Source of the DNA: Octopus vulgaris
Lineage: Eukaryota
Direction of reading: 5' to 3'
Length of the DNA stretch: 64,000 nucleotides
Assembly: GCA_951406725.2 (NCBI GenBank)
Contig: OX597818.1
Coordinates: forward strand, 61,380,001-61,444,000
Position numbers and translations under genes: made by a program. The notes beneath the pieces were generated by a model. The model made no database searches, was not told where the DNA came from, and was given only the letters and a program-made list of their open reading frames with translations. Each line of letters opens with the position of its first letter. Within the stretch, counting starts at the first letter, position 1. Of the stretch, positions 12,206-26,361 are shown in pieces.

Positions 12206-14137
12206 AGGCCCAAGTCTCACCACAAGAAGAAGAAGAAGAAGAAAAAGAAGCAAAGAAGAAGAAGAAGAATTGTACTACATCTATACTAAGGATTTTTCCC
12301 TTTTGATCAAAATTCTAAATGTATACACATACAGATGTTTAGGTGCTTTCCACCGAACTGCATTTAAACATAAGAAGAAAAAAACAAACTGATTTCCAGA
12401 AAATTATGTAAACAGGTTGTAGCAAATCCTGGTAGATGGTTGTAAGTATACTGGTGCCTCGTAGAAGGTGACTTAACCAAACTATGCACTAAGCTGTTAA
12501 CTGAAATCCTATTTCATAAATGCAAATTATTCAAACTACCATGTTTACAGAAATGAGATTAAATCTAGCTAAAAATCCCAGATAAGAGGAGTAAAGAATT
12601 TAGGTAGAGATTATGAAGACAGGGAAGTTATTCCCTATATTTACCATCAGAAAGATGACAACAAAACCATCATAGGGAGAAAAATTGTTTGAAATATATG
12701 TGAAAGCGAACCGAGAAAGCTTTCCCAGCATTGCAAATTAATATCACACAAAAACTGGTGGTATATTGCACATACACACACATACGCAAATATTAATATT
12801 GATATTTCAAAATATCTTGACTTAGATTGTAAAAAGGTTTCCCCCCCGAAAGGTTAATTATTTTGATGGATTATATTTCAGTTTTACAAAATTTCAATAG
12901 AAATTCTCCATTGCTGAATACGAACAAGGTATTCAAAATAAACAAATGGAAAAACACATTTTCCCCTCTTTTCCACCTCAATCTTTTTTTATGAATGTTC
13001 TTCAATACTGGAGAAATATATAAATGAATGTATCCAAAGTTCATCTGCTTTATGAATTACATTCTGTATATAATCTTCATTCTCCAATAGCCATATCCCT
13101 TTGGCATAATGAAAATTCATTAAATAGCTTGGCTAATTAGGGATAATTATGGATTAATTACACTGAAACTGCAGACTTTTAAAATATTTTGCAATTTTTC
13201 TATAAATTATAGCCTCTATTTTCATATACATTTATATAATCTTTATATTAGTATAGATGCATATTACATATATGTATACACACACTCAAATATTTACACA
13301 CTTATATATATGTATACGTAGATATCCATACATAAATATACAGATGTATGTGTGTGGATGTGCATAAAGCATGCTATAATGTGGGCCAAAAGAACAGCAT
13401 TCCCTGGGCCGATCAATGTTACTCAGCTGGAGTAAGTAATACTGCTGGAAGGTGCCAAAAGTTTGTAATTTCCAGTGAATAGCTGAGAAAGGGTCTCAAG
13501 CTGTGTGTAAAATGCAACAGGCACACATAATGCACAAAGTCTATGTTGTAAAGTGATTAGCAACAAGAAAATCATCCAGGCATTAAAATGAAAAAAAAGG
13601 GGTTTGAAAGAAAAAAATACAGGATACATAAACTTTTATAAACCACAGGAAATGCAAATGGTTTAGGGGGTTAGTAATTCAGAAACAATATGATACAGGT
13701 AGGAATGAAAGTATTACTTTTGATAGGTGACTTAGTGCCACAGTAGACAAGACTGCACTTGAAAAATGCTATAAAAATGAAAAAAACAGGAGCTCAAGAT
13801 CCTAAGACTTTTAGAGAACTTTCAATCTTTCAGGAAGCCCAAAAATGGAAGCATGGAAAAAATACTTCTAATTAAAGCTAAGCAAGAAATGAAAATTCAT
13901 TAAAAAAATTCAAACATGGGATTAACTGTTGCATAATTGGCTGTTTTAAGCTTAATAATTCGTGCAGATAATAGAAAACCTCCCGAAAGATGATTGTTCA
14001 AGTCAATAAGCACATTTTTTTGGTATAGAACGGTATAAAACAGTGGCAGTATACATTATTTTATAATTACAAACACATAACCAGTGCTGATAGTAGTTAG
14101 TGGAGGTTATTTTCTTTACTATAAAATGATTTTTATG

Positions 14138-14359
14138 TATTCTGTTGTGTCTGGGGAGAGTCATTTTCTTTTTGTGCCTTATTATGTAACACACTCACCG
14201 GTAAAATTTCCACATTTTTCTTATTTTTATTTTCATAAAATAAGACGCAACGAAAATTTTACGAAAATGAAAATAAGAAAAACTTGGAAATTTTACCGGT
14301 GAGTATGTTACATTATAAGGCACAAAAAGAAAATGACTCTCCCAAGACACAACAGAATA
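14138..14359. mobile_element. Fold-back MITE (~100-bp arms, TA at both ends)
   Basis: tattctgttgtgtctggggagagtcattttctttttgtgcc... is the reverse complement of ...ggcacaaaaagaaaatgactctcccaagacacaacagaata; short spacer. Confidence 0.9.
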
Positions 14360-14764
14360 TGCTTCAACACACGAACTCATATAAAGAATCTTGCAAACCA
14401 AATCCAAAAACGAAATTTTTTATGTATTTTTATATATTACACACACAGAATTCACACTCATAAGTTTATTTAAAAGACAAATGCAGTTGCATAGGTTGTA
14501 AACTCCCAGCAAAAATAATTTCCGTGATTTCTAGTTGTATATAACTTATTCAACAAATGTCTTTGACAAAATGCTCAGTATTTAATCCTGTGGACAACAG
14601 ATTTAACTGATTAAGGATGCTACTGATGGAAATTAGTGAGTGGAATAAATATTAATGGAATAAACATCATTTTCACAAGAAAAAAAAATTTATACATATA
14701 TAAAAAAATCAAATCAAAACAAATCAAAATAGATGAACATCAATGGAATTTGTATCTTTGTGGT

Positions 14765-15143
14765 ACCAGTGCCGGTGGCACGTGGCACACAAGAAAACCA
14801 TCTGAACGTGGCCGTAGCCAGTACCGCATCGACTGGCCTCCGTGCTGTGGGCACGTAACAAACACCATCCGATCGTGGCCGTTTGCCAGCCTCATCTGGC
14901 ACCTGTGTCGGTGGCACATAAAAACACCATCCGAGCGTGGCCGTCTGCCAGCCTCGTCTGGCACCTGTGTCGGTGGCACATAAAATCACCCACTACACTC
15001 TCGGAGTGGTTGGCGTTAGGAAGGGCATCCAGCTGTAGAAACACTGCCAGATCTGACTGGACTGGTGCAGCCTTCGGGCTCCCCAGACCCCAGTTGAACC
15101 GTCCAACCCATGCTAGCATGGAAAGCGGATGTTAAATGATGAC
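14765..15143 (+). mobile_element. SINE-A with ~4 upstream hairpin units
   Basis: Repeated gtg(c/t)cggtggcac...accatc units, then core gtggttggcgttaggaagggcatccagctgtagaaac and a gatgac tail. Confidence 0.9.
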
Positions 15144-15250
15144 GATATAGTATGAATATATGGTATTATTACTGCTTCTACGACTATTATATTTTTAATA
15201 ATTCCACTGGCTTATTTGCAACACCAGTGCCCCAACAGACAGAGATTCTA

Positions 15251-15385
15251 TATATTGTTGACAGGAGATTCGTCTGTTATTTTACTGCTGGATATCTGTC
15301 ACTGAGGAACCCACTGCAGGGTGAAAACGTGTGATCTGGCAATTCTGTCAGCCTTAGAAGACAATTCTCATCTGTCAACAATATA
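15251..15385. repeat. Small inverted-repeat element (~26-bp arms)
   Basis: tatattgttgacaggagattcgtct ... agacaattctcatctgtcaacaatata. Confidence 0.6.
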
Positions 15386-15693
15386 ATAATGTGTTCTTTT
15401 ATGCACCATGTGTCCTTAGGGGAGACCCTCTCTAGGTAAACAGTGCAGTATTCTATTTCTAACACAACCTCCACATTAAGTTGAATACCAAGTTTACCCT
15501 GCCTCTACTGCTTTTTTAATTAGTTTTTTCTTATATATCTTGTGTTGGAGAAAAGTAATTCTGAAGTTACAGCCCTTCAAATATCATGTAAAGCTGGCAT
15601 TCAGAGCAGAACAAATCCGATTAGATTTTCTCAGGCTTGATATACTTAAAGTCACAAGCTATTTAGTAAGATTAAACACAAGCTGAGCCTTTT

Positions 15694-15694
<1 letters not shown>

Positions 15695-15768
<74 letters not shown>

Positions 15769-15900
15769 CATACATACATATACACACACACACACATACA
15801 TATACACACACATACACACACACACATATATATATATACATACATACATATACATACATACATATACATACATACATATATACATACATACATACATACA

Positions 15901-15934
<34 letters not shown>

Positions 15935-15997
15935 CATACATATATATACATACATACATATATACATACATACATATATATACATACATACATATAT

Positions 15998-16088
<91 letters not shown>

Positions 16089-16118
16089 CATACATACATA
16101 AATATATATATACATATA
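15695..16118. repeat. Compound (CA)/(TA)/(TACA) microsatellite
   Basis: Read directly from the sequence. Confidence 0.97.
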
Positions 16119-16560
16119 TCATGGCATCAGATTTGGCAATAAATATACTAAACAAGCAAACATTTACACACATACAACATATGAATAGATAGATAAAAAG
16201 AAGAACGTATATAAGTGTGTACGAAAACACATATCTTCTCCATTGCTTTGAGAATGTTTAAAACATGTAGGTCTGGGTAAAGATAGAAAGAAAGCAAAAC
16301 AGAGGAGGGGCAGAATGAGGGATTTTTTTGTGGAAGCTGAAGATCTTCACAAACTGTTACTTTAAGTTTCACACAACTGGTCGTCAGATAGAAGTGGACT
16401 TTTGAAACGGTATATAGAATTTAAAACCATATTGCAGACCAATCGACAAATAAGCAAATAACCATTCAAAGTTCTTTTGCCAATGAATAAACAAGCAACA
16501 AAATTAGCAAAGAATATACATATATATATATAAGTTATGTATATATTATGTATATGTTAT

Positions 16561-16934
16561 TACTCTTTTACTCTTTTACTCTTTTACTTGTTTCAGTCAT
16601 TTGACTGCGGCCATGCTGGAGCACCACCTTTTAGTACTTATTCTATCGGTCTCTTTTTGCCGAACCGCTAAGTGACGGGGACCTAAACACACCAGCATCG
16701 GTTGTCAAGCAATGCTAGGGGGACAAACACAGACACACAAACACACACACATACATATATATATACATATATACGACAGGCTTCTTTCAGTTTCCGTCTA
16801 CCAAATCCACTCACAAGGCATTGGTCGGCCCGGGGCTATAGCAGAAGACACTTGCCCAAGATGCCACGCAGTGGGACTGAACCCACAACCGTGTGGTTGG
16901 TTAGCAAGCTACTTACCATACAGCCACTCCTGCG

Positions 16935-16982
<48 letters not shown>

Positions 16983-17157
16983 TACGACAGGCTTCTTTCA
17001 GTTTCCGTCTACCAAATCCACTCACAGGGCTTTGGTCAGCCCGGGGCTATAGCAGAAGACACTTGCCCAAGTTGCCCAAGATGCCACGCAGTGGGACTGA
17101 ACCCGCAACCGTGTGGTTGGTTAGCAAGCTACTTACCACACAGCCACTCCTGCGCCT
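16561..17157 (-). mobile_element. SINE-B with a tandem second copy of its 5' half
   Basis: Full copy at 16561-16937, a (TA)n tract, then a second head at 16983-17157 sharing the diagnostic variant caaccgtgtggttggttagc. Confidence 0.9.
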
Positions 17158-17747
17158 GTATATATAACTTGTGTATGTATGTGTGTATCTATTGTATGCT
17201 ATATATATCAGTCATGTGCCATCAGTAATTACTCAGGGTGGGCATTTGGTGACCTTCAGGTAGTTAAACGCACAAAAAAATAAGTGAAACACAGATGCAC
17301 GACTGAGTTGAAGGCAGATCTATTTCTGCCTTTATAGTACATAAAGAAAACGTTGTTGTAGGAGTGTATGCAGCACGTGTACTACAGCAGTATTATGTGT
17401 AGCTTAAATACTGAGCTTGAAAAGCTGGGACAAATTATGCCTACCTAATCTACAAAACGATAAAATATTTTGCATTTAATGCATAGTTATCAACAAGGTG
17501 TATGTGTTGCGATGAGAGGAAAAATGTTGCTATCGATCTATTTTATTCAAGGTAACCAGCAATAATCCAAGTGGGAGTAAGTTGGTTATATTGCCCCACC
17601 CCCAGTGCTCAGCTAGTACTTTATTTTACCGATGCTGAAAGGGGGAAGGTATAAAGTCCACCTTGACTGATTTTGAACCTAGAACATGAAGACAGATGAA
17701 ATGCTTGCCAAGCATTTTGCCTGGCTTAATATTGGCTGCCACAATAA

Positions 17748-17961
17748 GGCGGCGAGCTGGCAGAATTGTTAGCACGGCGGGGGAAAATGCTTAGCGGCAT
17801 TTCATCTCTCTTTACATTCTGAGTTCAAATTCTGTTGAGGTCAGCTTTGCCTTTCATACTTTCAGGGTAGATAAATTAAGTACCAGTTGTGTACTAGGGT
17901 TGATCTAATCGACTGACCCCTGCCCTAAAATTTCAGGCTTTGTGCCTAGAGTAGAAAAGAA
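17748..17961 (+). mobile_element. SINE-C (head-to-head with a decayed minus copy at ~17580-17725)
   Basis: ggcggcgagctggcagaattgttagc...gagttcaaattc...gcctttcatactttcagggtagataaattaagtaccag. Confidence 0.85.
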
Positions 17962-19194
17962 TATTGGCTGCAGCAATAAAGATATAAGAACCCATTCAAT
18001 GGTTCAATAAAGTCGAATAACTTGAATATAAAGTAATAAAGGCAGTATAAACCCAAGCTCTGCCATAAAGCCATGACAGCACTAGCTTCGCTCTACTTGA
18101 TATTTTGGCAAGTTCAGGTTCCAATTTGTCTTCAAGGATCTTCATTTTGCTTAGAAAGAATTCAAAGTGAGGAGGATCTTTTTCACAAATACAGTGTTTG
18201 TGCAATGGCTCCAGTACAGTGTAGAGTAGGTGGTAAGTAGATGCCATGTCGAATGTGATACATGGTTATACATCTATGGTAACTATAACTCTGAATACGA
18301 AATGATGCACAGGCTGTAATCACCTAAGAAAACCATACTAGCATGTAACGAGAGATGGATGATGTTGGTGATAGATTTCCAGTGATCTCACCTGGAAATC
18401 TATCATGCGAAGGTAATCGCAAAAGTCACACATACAAACATTAATTAAAAAGAAAGGAACACAAAATATGAGATTAATACTTTGGAAAATGGAAGCAAAA
18501 CAAAAAGAAAAAAAAAACAAAAACGAATTTTTGATTTTATCTCCGAAATTCAAATATATATATTTTGAAATAAATATAACTGTAGAAATAAAATAGTTTT
18601 CAAATTTGCTGATTCTCAATATCAGAATCAGATAATATTACAGTTTTATGTCACCTGAATACAAGTGTGCCTAATTATTCCATGGATAATATCTGGGGAA
18701 AAATTTCAATATCCACACAAAAAGCTGCTGCTTTTAAACAACTTTAAAAAATATATTCAACTATGAAACGTTATTTTAAGCAGATAAACTAATATTTTTC
18801 AGTAGTGAACTTCATTATCAAATTCTGTAATTTAAAAAAAAGTTTGGTTTTAGTTGGTAACTGCATGTCTGTAACAGTAGGAGGTAAACTTTATTGTGCA
18901 ATATGGAGGGAGAATTACTGCATATAACAATTAACACATGGTTATTTTAAATGGTCTACCAAAATGGAAATGACAATGAAAAATGCGGTCTATTCATAAC
19001 AATTTGTTTCATTTTGCTTACAATGTATCCACTCAGCTCTCATTCAGATACACAATGAATTATGCTTTAAATATGCCTGACTCATCAATGGAAAATGAAG
19101 ACATCTGTTCGAATAGCATCCCACCATTAGAGCCAAAGAAATCTGTTTCAATGGCATTTGTAGCAAAGATAGGCTATGTGATCACCATCTACAT

Positions 19195-19565
19195 CAGTGG
19201 TTTGCAACCACTTGTTGCTTGTGAGCCTTTTTGATTCCTTTTTGACTTAGTTAGACCCTTATAGCCACTCAATGTTTAAAAATATCCCATTATATTTCTT
19301 GGCTCCTGTGCCGGTGGCAAGTAAAAGCACCCACTACACTCTCGGAGTGGTTGGCGTTAGGAAGGGCATCCAGCTGTAGAAACTCTGCTAGATCAAGATT
19401 GGAGCCTGGTGCAGCCATCTGGTTCGCCAGCCCTCAGTCAAATTGTCCAACCCATGCTAGCATGGAAAGCAGACGTTAAACGATGATAATGATGATGAAT
19501 ATTATTGGGAATTGTATAAAAAAAAGTAAAATATTTTGTGTATTATAGAAGCAGAACCCATTTAT
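19195..19565 (+). mobile_element. Probable hAT-type MITE remnant interrupted by SINE-A (19302-19497)
   Basis: cagtggtttgcaacc start resembles Charlie-like termini; a clear SINE-A core and GAT tail lie inside. Confidence 0.5.
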
Positions 19566-22279
19566 TCTTTGCAATGACAGTTTCCGAGAGATTCTTCAAG
19601 GCTTTCAGTATCAACACTCAGGGTCTGTGAATGCAACTTGTTCTAGTGATGATCTTGTATGTTTCTGCCACTCAATGGTTCCACTGGCCACAAGCAGAAG
19701 CTGAGACATTTTGTTAATACTAACACCCAAGGATGGCATTTAAATGTATTGAAGAATAGTAAGGGTAACTATTTCAGTTAGACCACCTGGACACCTCCTC
19801 TACACCATTTTGAACAACCCATGTGCTACCTCTACATCAATCCCTTCTTTTATAAACTTCTTTTCCTTTCAGAATTGTCTCATTGGGCAAGGTTTTTCAC
19901 TCAAGATAATGTACAGTGGTGATTTTTTTTTGTTTTTTTTACATTAATCAATAAAAACCAGCAATACTCTTCCAGTTATAGTTTCAATTGTGCCTTACTT
20001 GTGGCCCTTGAAATCAACCATCAGTGGACTGGAAATGTGAAAATTCAGCAAGTTCTGTGACAGGTCACACACCATAGCTTCCTCATATCTAACAATAACA
20101 TGCTGAAGCTCCTTTAAGTTGCTTTTGAAATCAGGGTCTTTTTTTATACAATGGAGAACAAGCAAGAAACAAAGATGATGCATATCCACTCCATAAACCA
20201 CTGACCTCACACAAGTAGAGCCTGTGACCCCCATCTTTGCGATTTCCAGTGCTTTTGAGGGAGATGTACTAATTCCCAATGCATGTTAGCCTTTATTCCT
20301 TTACCTGCTTAGTCACTTATTCCAAAAAAAATTTTGCTGATATCCTTTCGTCGGCCTTCTTTAAATCCGGTATGGATTACATTTTGAAATCGTTTTAGCA
20401 CCAGAGTGGGATACTTAATTCAGAACATCCAAAATAACAGCCAGGTGACTGGTTTCCATTTCTTTCTATATCCAAGACTATTTTCTACTTCTCTACACTT
20501 ATGTACAACATTTGCTTAGATGTCATACAAAAGAATGACAACATTTTTATGTAATAAAAATATATATGAGAACATCCCGTTACAACAAGACCATGTTGCA
20601 TCACCATAAGAAATGAATGGTAAAATTGTATATAAACTTTATGTACACCTTCAATATCAAAATCAATTTGATTTTCTAGAGAAAAACGTGTGATTGATTT
20701 TTCACATGCTGATTTTATAGAAGGTACATTTCATAACATCAACTAATAAAGTTCAAAGGTCACTTTTCCATTGAGTTTGAGATGTAAGTTCTATCAATAT
20801 AATAGTTATGATGTAAACACTATTTCATTCAGCAAATATATTGACTTTGACTAAACACACCTATCTATACATCAGAACATTTGTCATCAACTTCTGATAA
20901 CATGAAACGATGCTCAGGAAATGTGAGTGTATATTACACACAAGAGATTTTTTTTCCCCCCACGGCTTCATTGCTCATAATTAGGAGCACACATAATGTA
21001 CGAATACATATTATACTCAGATAAATGCAGTAATGCAATTATTTTTTAAATTTACAAAAAATATATTTTTCATACCTTAAGAATACAAAATAAATGTTAC
21101 AACAGCACAGTATAAGCAGAAACATGCTTCCAACAATGATATTTATCTTAGCTAATTTCACCAAGCAGGAAATAATGACCATACTAGACACTAATAACTA
21201 TAATTTGACAACGGTGATAATACAAAATTATGAATGCTGGTGTTGATATTAATATAAATATAGTTTCTTTTCGACATTTCTTTCTTCATGTTACTAAATT
21301 TACTACATTGCAGCATGCTCGTCTATGTTGCAGCAACTGTATGGCAAAATACAGTTTGATAGAAGAATACTAAGTGAAAGCTCACTTCTGGAGAAACTCT
21401 TAATTAAATATCCCAATGTATTCAATGGTAGTAGATTTTAACATGAGGTCACTCAAGTAAAATCACTTAGCAAGTATTGAAGATTGACCAAATAATTGAT
21501 AATAGGAAACCTTTAGAAACCTAAGTGATTATTTCATTTGACATCCAATAGAATCTATATTTGCGGAGAGACACAAATTGATAACTTGTGTTATGAAATC
21601 TAGGTTACTTCTACCTTACCTAGGTTCTACATTTATATGTAAAGAGAAATTTTTTTTCTCACATTTATAATTTACATGATAGCACATGAACGCAATTATA
21701 TATTCTCACATGCTGTACATGTGTAGTTGCAATCCTTCAAATACATTCCGAGTTACACCAAACACCTGGTCTCACTATCATAAAATGAATGCAGTGCAAA
21801 TGTTATGCTACTTTTTCGCATATCAACATGGCTGTAGGAATTTCACTTTGTATGCGTTACCTTGCTAAACATTTGGTAAAGTCATTAATTTTCTAATCAC
21901 GTGATACAGGAACTTAGTAATTCTTGTTATGCTTTTAAGGTATTTTGGAAAGTTATTTTGCTCTATGTTTGAAGATAACTGAGCTATAAAATATCAGTCA
22001 AGCATAAGCAATAGTGAAAGGTAATGAGATTACACATTGTTATATTAGCACCAGGTACTATGGCATGCTTTATGTATTGTATGCCGAATAGTAAAATTTC
22101 CAAATTTCTGATTATAAACAGATACTGACTATTCAAGAATTTAGAAACAGAAGAATATGAATCTAAATGATGTGGTTATCAGTGGCTTAGAATATAAAGA
22201 GTCAACTAATATCAATTACACAGAAGGGAAATAATTGGAATTCCTCTCTTAAAATGTTATATAATTATTTGTCCACATA

Positions 22280-22462
22280 TAGGAGCAGGAGTGGCTGTGT
22301 GGTAAGTAGCTTGCTTACCAACTACATGGTTCTGGGTTCAGCCCCACTGTGTGGCACCTTGGGTAAGTGTCTTCTACTATAGCCTCTGCCCGATCAAAGC
22401 ATTGTGAGTGGATTTGGTAGACGGAAACTAAAAGAAGCCTATCATATCTATGTATATATCTA

Positions 22463-22511
<49 letters not shown>

Positions 22512-22728
22512 GTATGTGTATGTATTTGTATTTGTCCCCCAACATCACTTGACAAATGATACTGGTGTGTTTACGTCCCCATAACTTAGCGGTTTGGCAA
22601 AAGAAACCGATAGAATAAGTATTGGGCTTACAAAGAATATGTCCTGGGGTCGATTTGTTCGACTAAAGGTGGTGCTCCAGCATGGCTGCAGTCAAATGAC
22701 TGAAACAAGTGAAAGAGTGAAAGAGTAA
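22280..22728 (+). mobile_element. SINE-B
   Basis: Head, central microsatellite and gaaagagt tail present. Confidence 0.92.
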
Positions 22729-23196
22729 ATATCAGAAAAGTTTCTGACATAATCCTCTTTCCTGTTCTTCGTTGCTGATACAAATTCTTATTTATTGAAC
22801 AATTCAGCTGTTTCCATATTTCTAAAGTGTGTTTGCTTATATCTTCATGAAGATATTTTTTTCCAATTTAGAATTTATCTCACATTAAAATTTGTTGAAA
22901 TATGCAATTTCTTCTTATGAACAGGTATTACATTCCTTTTAAAGCATTGTAGCTAATTTATGCGTTTTTTTATGACAATAAACTTTTTGTCACATTTTTA
23001 TTACGTGTAAAAAGAAAAAAAAAATCTCAAATATGTCCATGCAAAGCAAATACACAATATTACAATAGCAAACAAAACCAAAATGGGATAATGGGGTAAA
23101 ACTTTACAAATACTGTTTCCACATACCCCAAAAGCAAAACAAACAAAATGATTTTAGAGAACAAACAACTGACACTGGTTTTAAGTATACACATAA

Positions 23197-23484
23197 TGTG
23201 CCACCGGCACGGACTGGCTTCCGTGCCGGTGGCACATAAAATACACCAATCCGACCGTGGCCGTTGCCAGCCTCGCCTGGCACCTGTGCAGGTGGCACGT
23301 AAAAAGCACCCACTACACTCATGGAGTGGTTGGCGTTAGGAAGGGCATCCAGCTGTAGAAATATTGCCAGATAAGACTGGAGCCTGGTGCAGCCTTCTGG
23401 CTTCCCAGATCCCCGGTCGAACTGTCCAACCCATGCTAGCATGGAGAACGGACGTTAAACGATGATGATGATGATGATGATGAT
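23197..23484 (+). mobile_element. SINE-A with 2-3 hairpin units
   Basis: Core and (GAT)n tail. Confidence 0.9.
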
Positions 23485-23489
23485 ATACA

Positions 23490-23645
23490 GTGTTAAATAT
23501 GAATGTAAGCTGTGGGAGGAGGACCTGGAAGATGTTGGAATCAAGAGGAGGAGAAACTGACCTTTAGATATCGACCATCACAGAGGAGATATCAAAGGAC
23601 CAGGAGAATTGGCTATTTTCTGTGCTTAAAAAGAATCGTCTGAGT
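23490..23645 (+). mobile_element. Decayed RTE-like LINE 3' end
   Basis: tgtgggaggagga...acagaggagatatcaaaggacc...tgg... resembles the GR.R..W / D R..W C-terminus of RTE ORFs. Confidence 0.35.
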
Positions 23646-23673
23646 AAAAACTAGGACATAAAGCATATTGTAG

Positions 23674-23935
23674 GGTGGTGAGCTGGCAGAAACGTTAGCA
23701 TGCTGGGCGAAATGCTTGGTGGTATTTCGTCTGCCATTAGGTTCTGAGTTCAAATTCCGCCGAAGTCAGCTTAGCCTTTCATCCTTTTGGGGTCGATTTA
23801 ATAAGTACCAATTATGCACTGGGGTCAATGTAATTGACTTAATCTCACAAGGCTTTGGTTGGCCCAAAGGCTATAGTTGAAGACACATGCCCAAGGTGCC
23901 ATGCGGTGGGACTGAACCTAGAATCATGCGGTTAT
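23674..23935 (+). mobile_element. SINE-C fused to a partial SINE-B head (minus)
   Basis: SINE-C at 23674-23845, then cacaaggctttgg...gggactgaacc. Confidence 0.85.
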
Positions 23936-24164
23936 CAGTGTTATTTGTTCATAGAAACATACCAAATAATGCAAATACAAGAAATACACAATATAGTGTA
24001 AGAGACAGTTGCAAAAATTACATAAAAATTTATTGTAGACTGGTGCTAGGCTGTGGATCTTTGATGCCATTCGTTAGCTGATGTCATCCATAGACAGGCT
24101 AATTTCTAAAAAATTAAACCCATTAGATTTCAACTGGACTATTTATTATGGTTGCCAGGAGCTG

Positions 24165-24231
24165 GCACACCAATCGTCGTAAAGTCGATCAGTCGTAAGT
24201 CGGATAGGTTGTAATGCGATGACGACTTGTA
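24165..24231. mobile_element. Tigger/pogo-like terminal fragment
   Basis: gtcgtaaagtcgatcagtcgtaagtcggataggttgtaatgcgatgacgacttgTA resembles the gtcgtaagtcg.. subterminal repeats of pogo-type MITEs and ends at TA. Confidence 0.45.
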
Positions 24232-26307
24232 TGTTGATTTGTAACCAGTGGCCACAAGACCACTTATTTAATGGGAAGGACTAGTTGAATGAAGATCTTG
24301 ATATTTGATTGGTACATTTATTTTTTTTTTTAATTTGAAGAGGATAAAAGGTAAAACTGAACAGGGTCATTTGAATTCAGAATGTAAAAGACTCTAGCTA
24401 AATTCAGTCAGGTGTGTGTTCGAATGTTTCTGCCAAAATAAATTAATAATTTTAATACAAAAAATACTCAACAGCACCACCAATGAATCTAGGTCACACT
24501 AATAACTACTATGAACCCAATTAGATTTGGCTAAAATGTTTTGGTATTGATTAATGGAAAATGTCCATATCACTAGGTGCATCATTACTAGATGCCCTTG
24601 TTCTTCCATCTTCAAAGCAGAAAAAAAAGCTCATAAACTTAGTTTTCAATGGTGAGTGCCAACCTTGCAGCCATCTATACCTATCAAATGGCTGCCAAAA
24701 AAGTTCAATTAAAGTAAGTGATTTATCAGGAAGTTATTCAGAAAATATTTTATTGGGTTAAAGATGAAGTAATGAAAGCTATAACTTTACAATCATTCAG
24801 ATTAAGGAAATATGTATATACAAGAAACACCAAATATGGATAACCTTTAATAACGGCACCGAAATATTGACCATTACAGAACGATTTGTAATTGTTCAGA
24901 AATCTTTCTTTAGTTTTGAAAATTTTCCACACAACTAAATCTAAGGTATTTCAATAAGCAACATTGTATTTTCTCATTGAAACTACTTTAAATGCGACAA
25001 TGCAAGTATTAGAAATATGAAGCCCCAGGGTGGTTTTGCACAAACTGTTTTTAAACATGCACTTTAAATCATCAGCATTTAAGTTACACCAAGAAAGCTA
25101 AATATGAGAAGAAGAAAAAAAAAAGATCCACTGCACTTAAAGACATCTATCATTTTCAAGCTTACACCAACAGCTAGAAATAACAAATGAAACCCAGATG
25201 AACTTGAATTAAAGACAGCAGCATCAGCAAAGGCTCCAAAAACAAGTTCATAGTTACAGCTTTGGTTTTAATTTCATTTTAAGGAGCAAAATTTAAAAAA
25301 AAAAGAATAGTATACATATAGACTAGGCATGTTGGTTTCTTCACTTAAAGGAAAAGGAAGAATACCGCAAGATTTGTTTTGTTTTGTTTAACAAGTAGAA
25401 AGAAAAATTATGTGGTAAAATAAAAAGTGAAACAAAACTAAAGTCCAATTAAATTTAAACTTCAATTAACACTTACACAATTTTTCAGTTAAACTTAAAA
25501 GACAGAATCAATTATAGCAATGTTTGAGGCAATTTCTTGTGCCCTAGAATTCTGATTGTGTGACCTATAGATGAAAATCAATAAGTGCTTTCTGTGAAGA
25601 TTCAGTTTCATACAAGCTTAAACACTTAAAAACAACAAATATACTGATCATATTTTCTTCTAAAGCATCCCCCTTTTTTTAATTACATCCTGAAAACAGA
25701 TTGGATTTTTTTTTTTAACCTGCTCGAGTTTAACATGAAATTCACTTGAGATGAAATAAACGATAAAATAATTTTCTTTATTTTAACAAAAAAAATAATA
25801 AAGTGAAAATATATATTATATGCCCTTATGACCCTTTCGGATAAAAACTAATTTAGTGTCTTTAAATCTGACAATTACAAAGCAACGTATCTTTATAAGT
25901 AATGAATTTTTATGGAGCTTCAATTTCATGCAAATAGGAAATTTTGTATAGGTAACGATTGGTAAAAACATTTAAATAATTATCTATTCAAGAAGACATA
26001 AGTGCTAAGAACAAAAAAAAAAAAAAAAGAATCATTATACTGTATTCAAAGAAATTATTTTCATACCACTTCAGCCCCTTTTTGCATCGTCAACGGAAGG
26101 AAAGATCAGATGAATATATATTAATGCCCGAGAAAGAATATTTAATGTCATCTATTAATGTTTATCATTTTCCATGAAGTGCATGCTATTTTCAGTAAAT
26201 GCTAATGCAAATATAACCTTACAAACATAGATTAAAAAGAAAAAAATATATGTGTGTGTATATATATATATATATATACACACGCATATATTTTTTCTTT
26301 TTAATCT

Positions 26308-26361
<54 letters not shown>

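Noticed and set aside
17996-18247. 83-aa minus-strand ORF as a gene
   Set aside because: It has no recognisable domain or convincing splice sites, and its length is within chance for this window.
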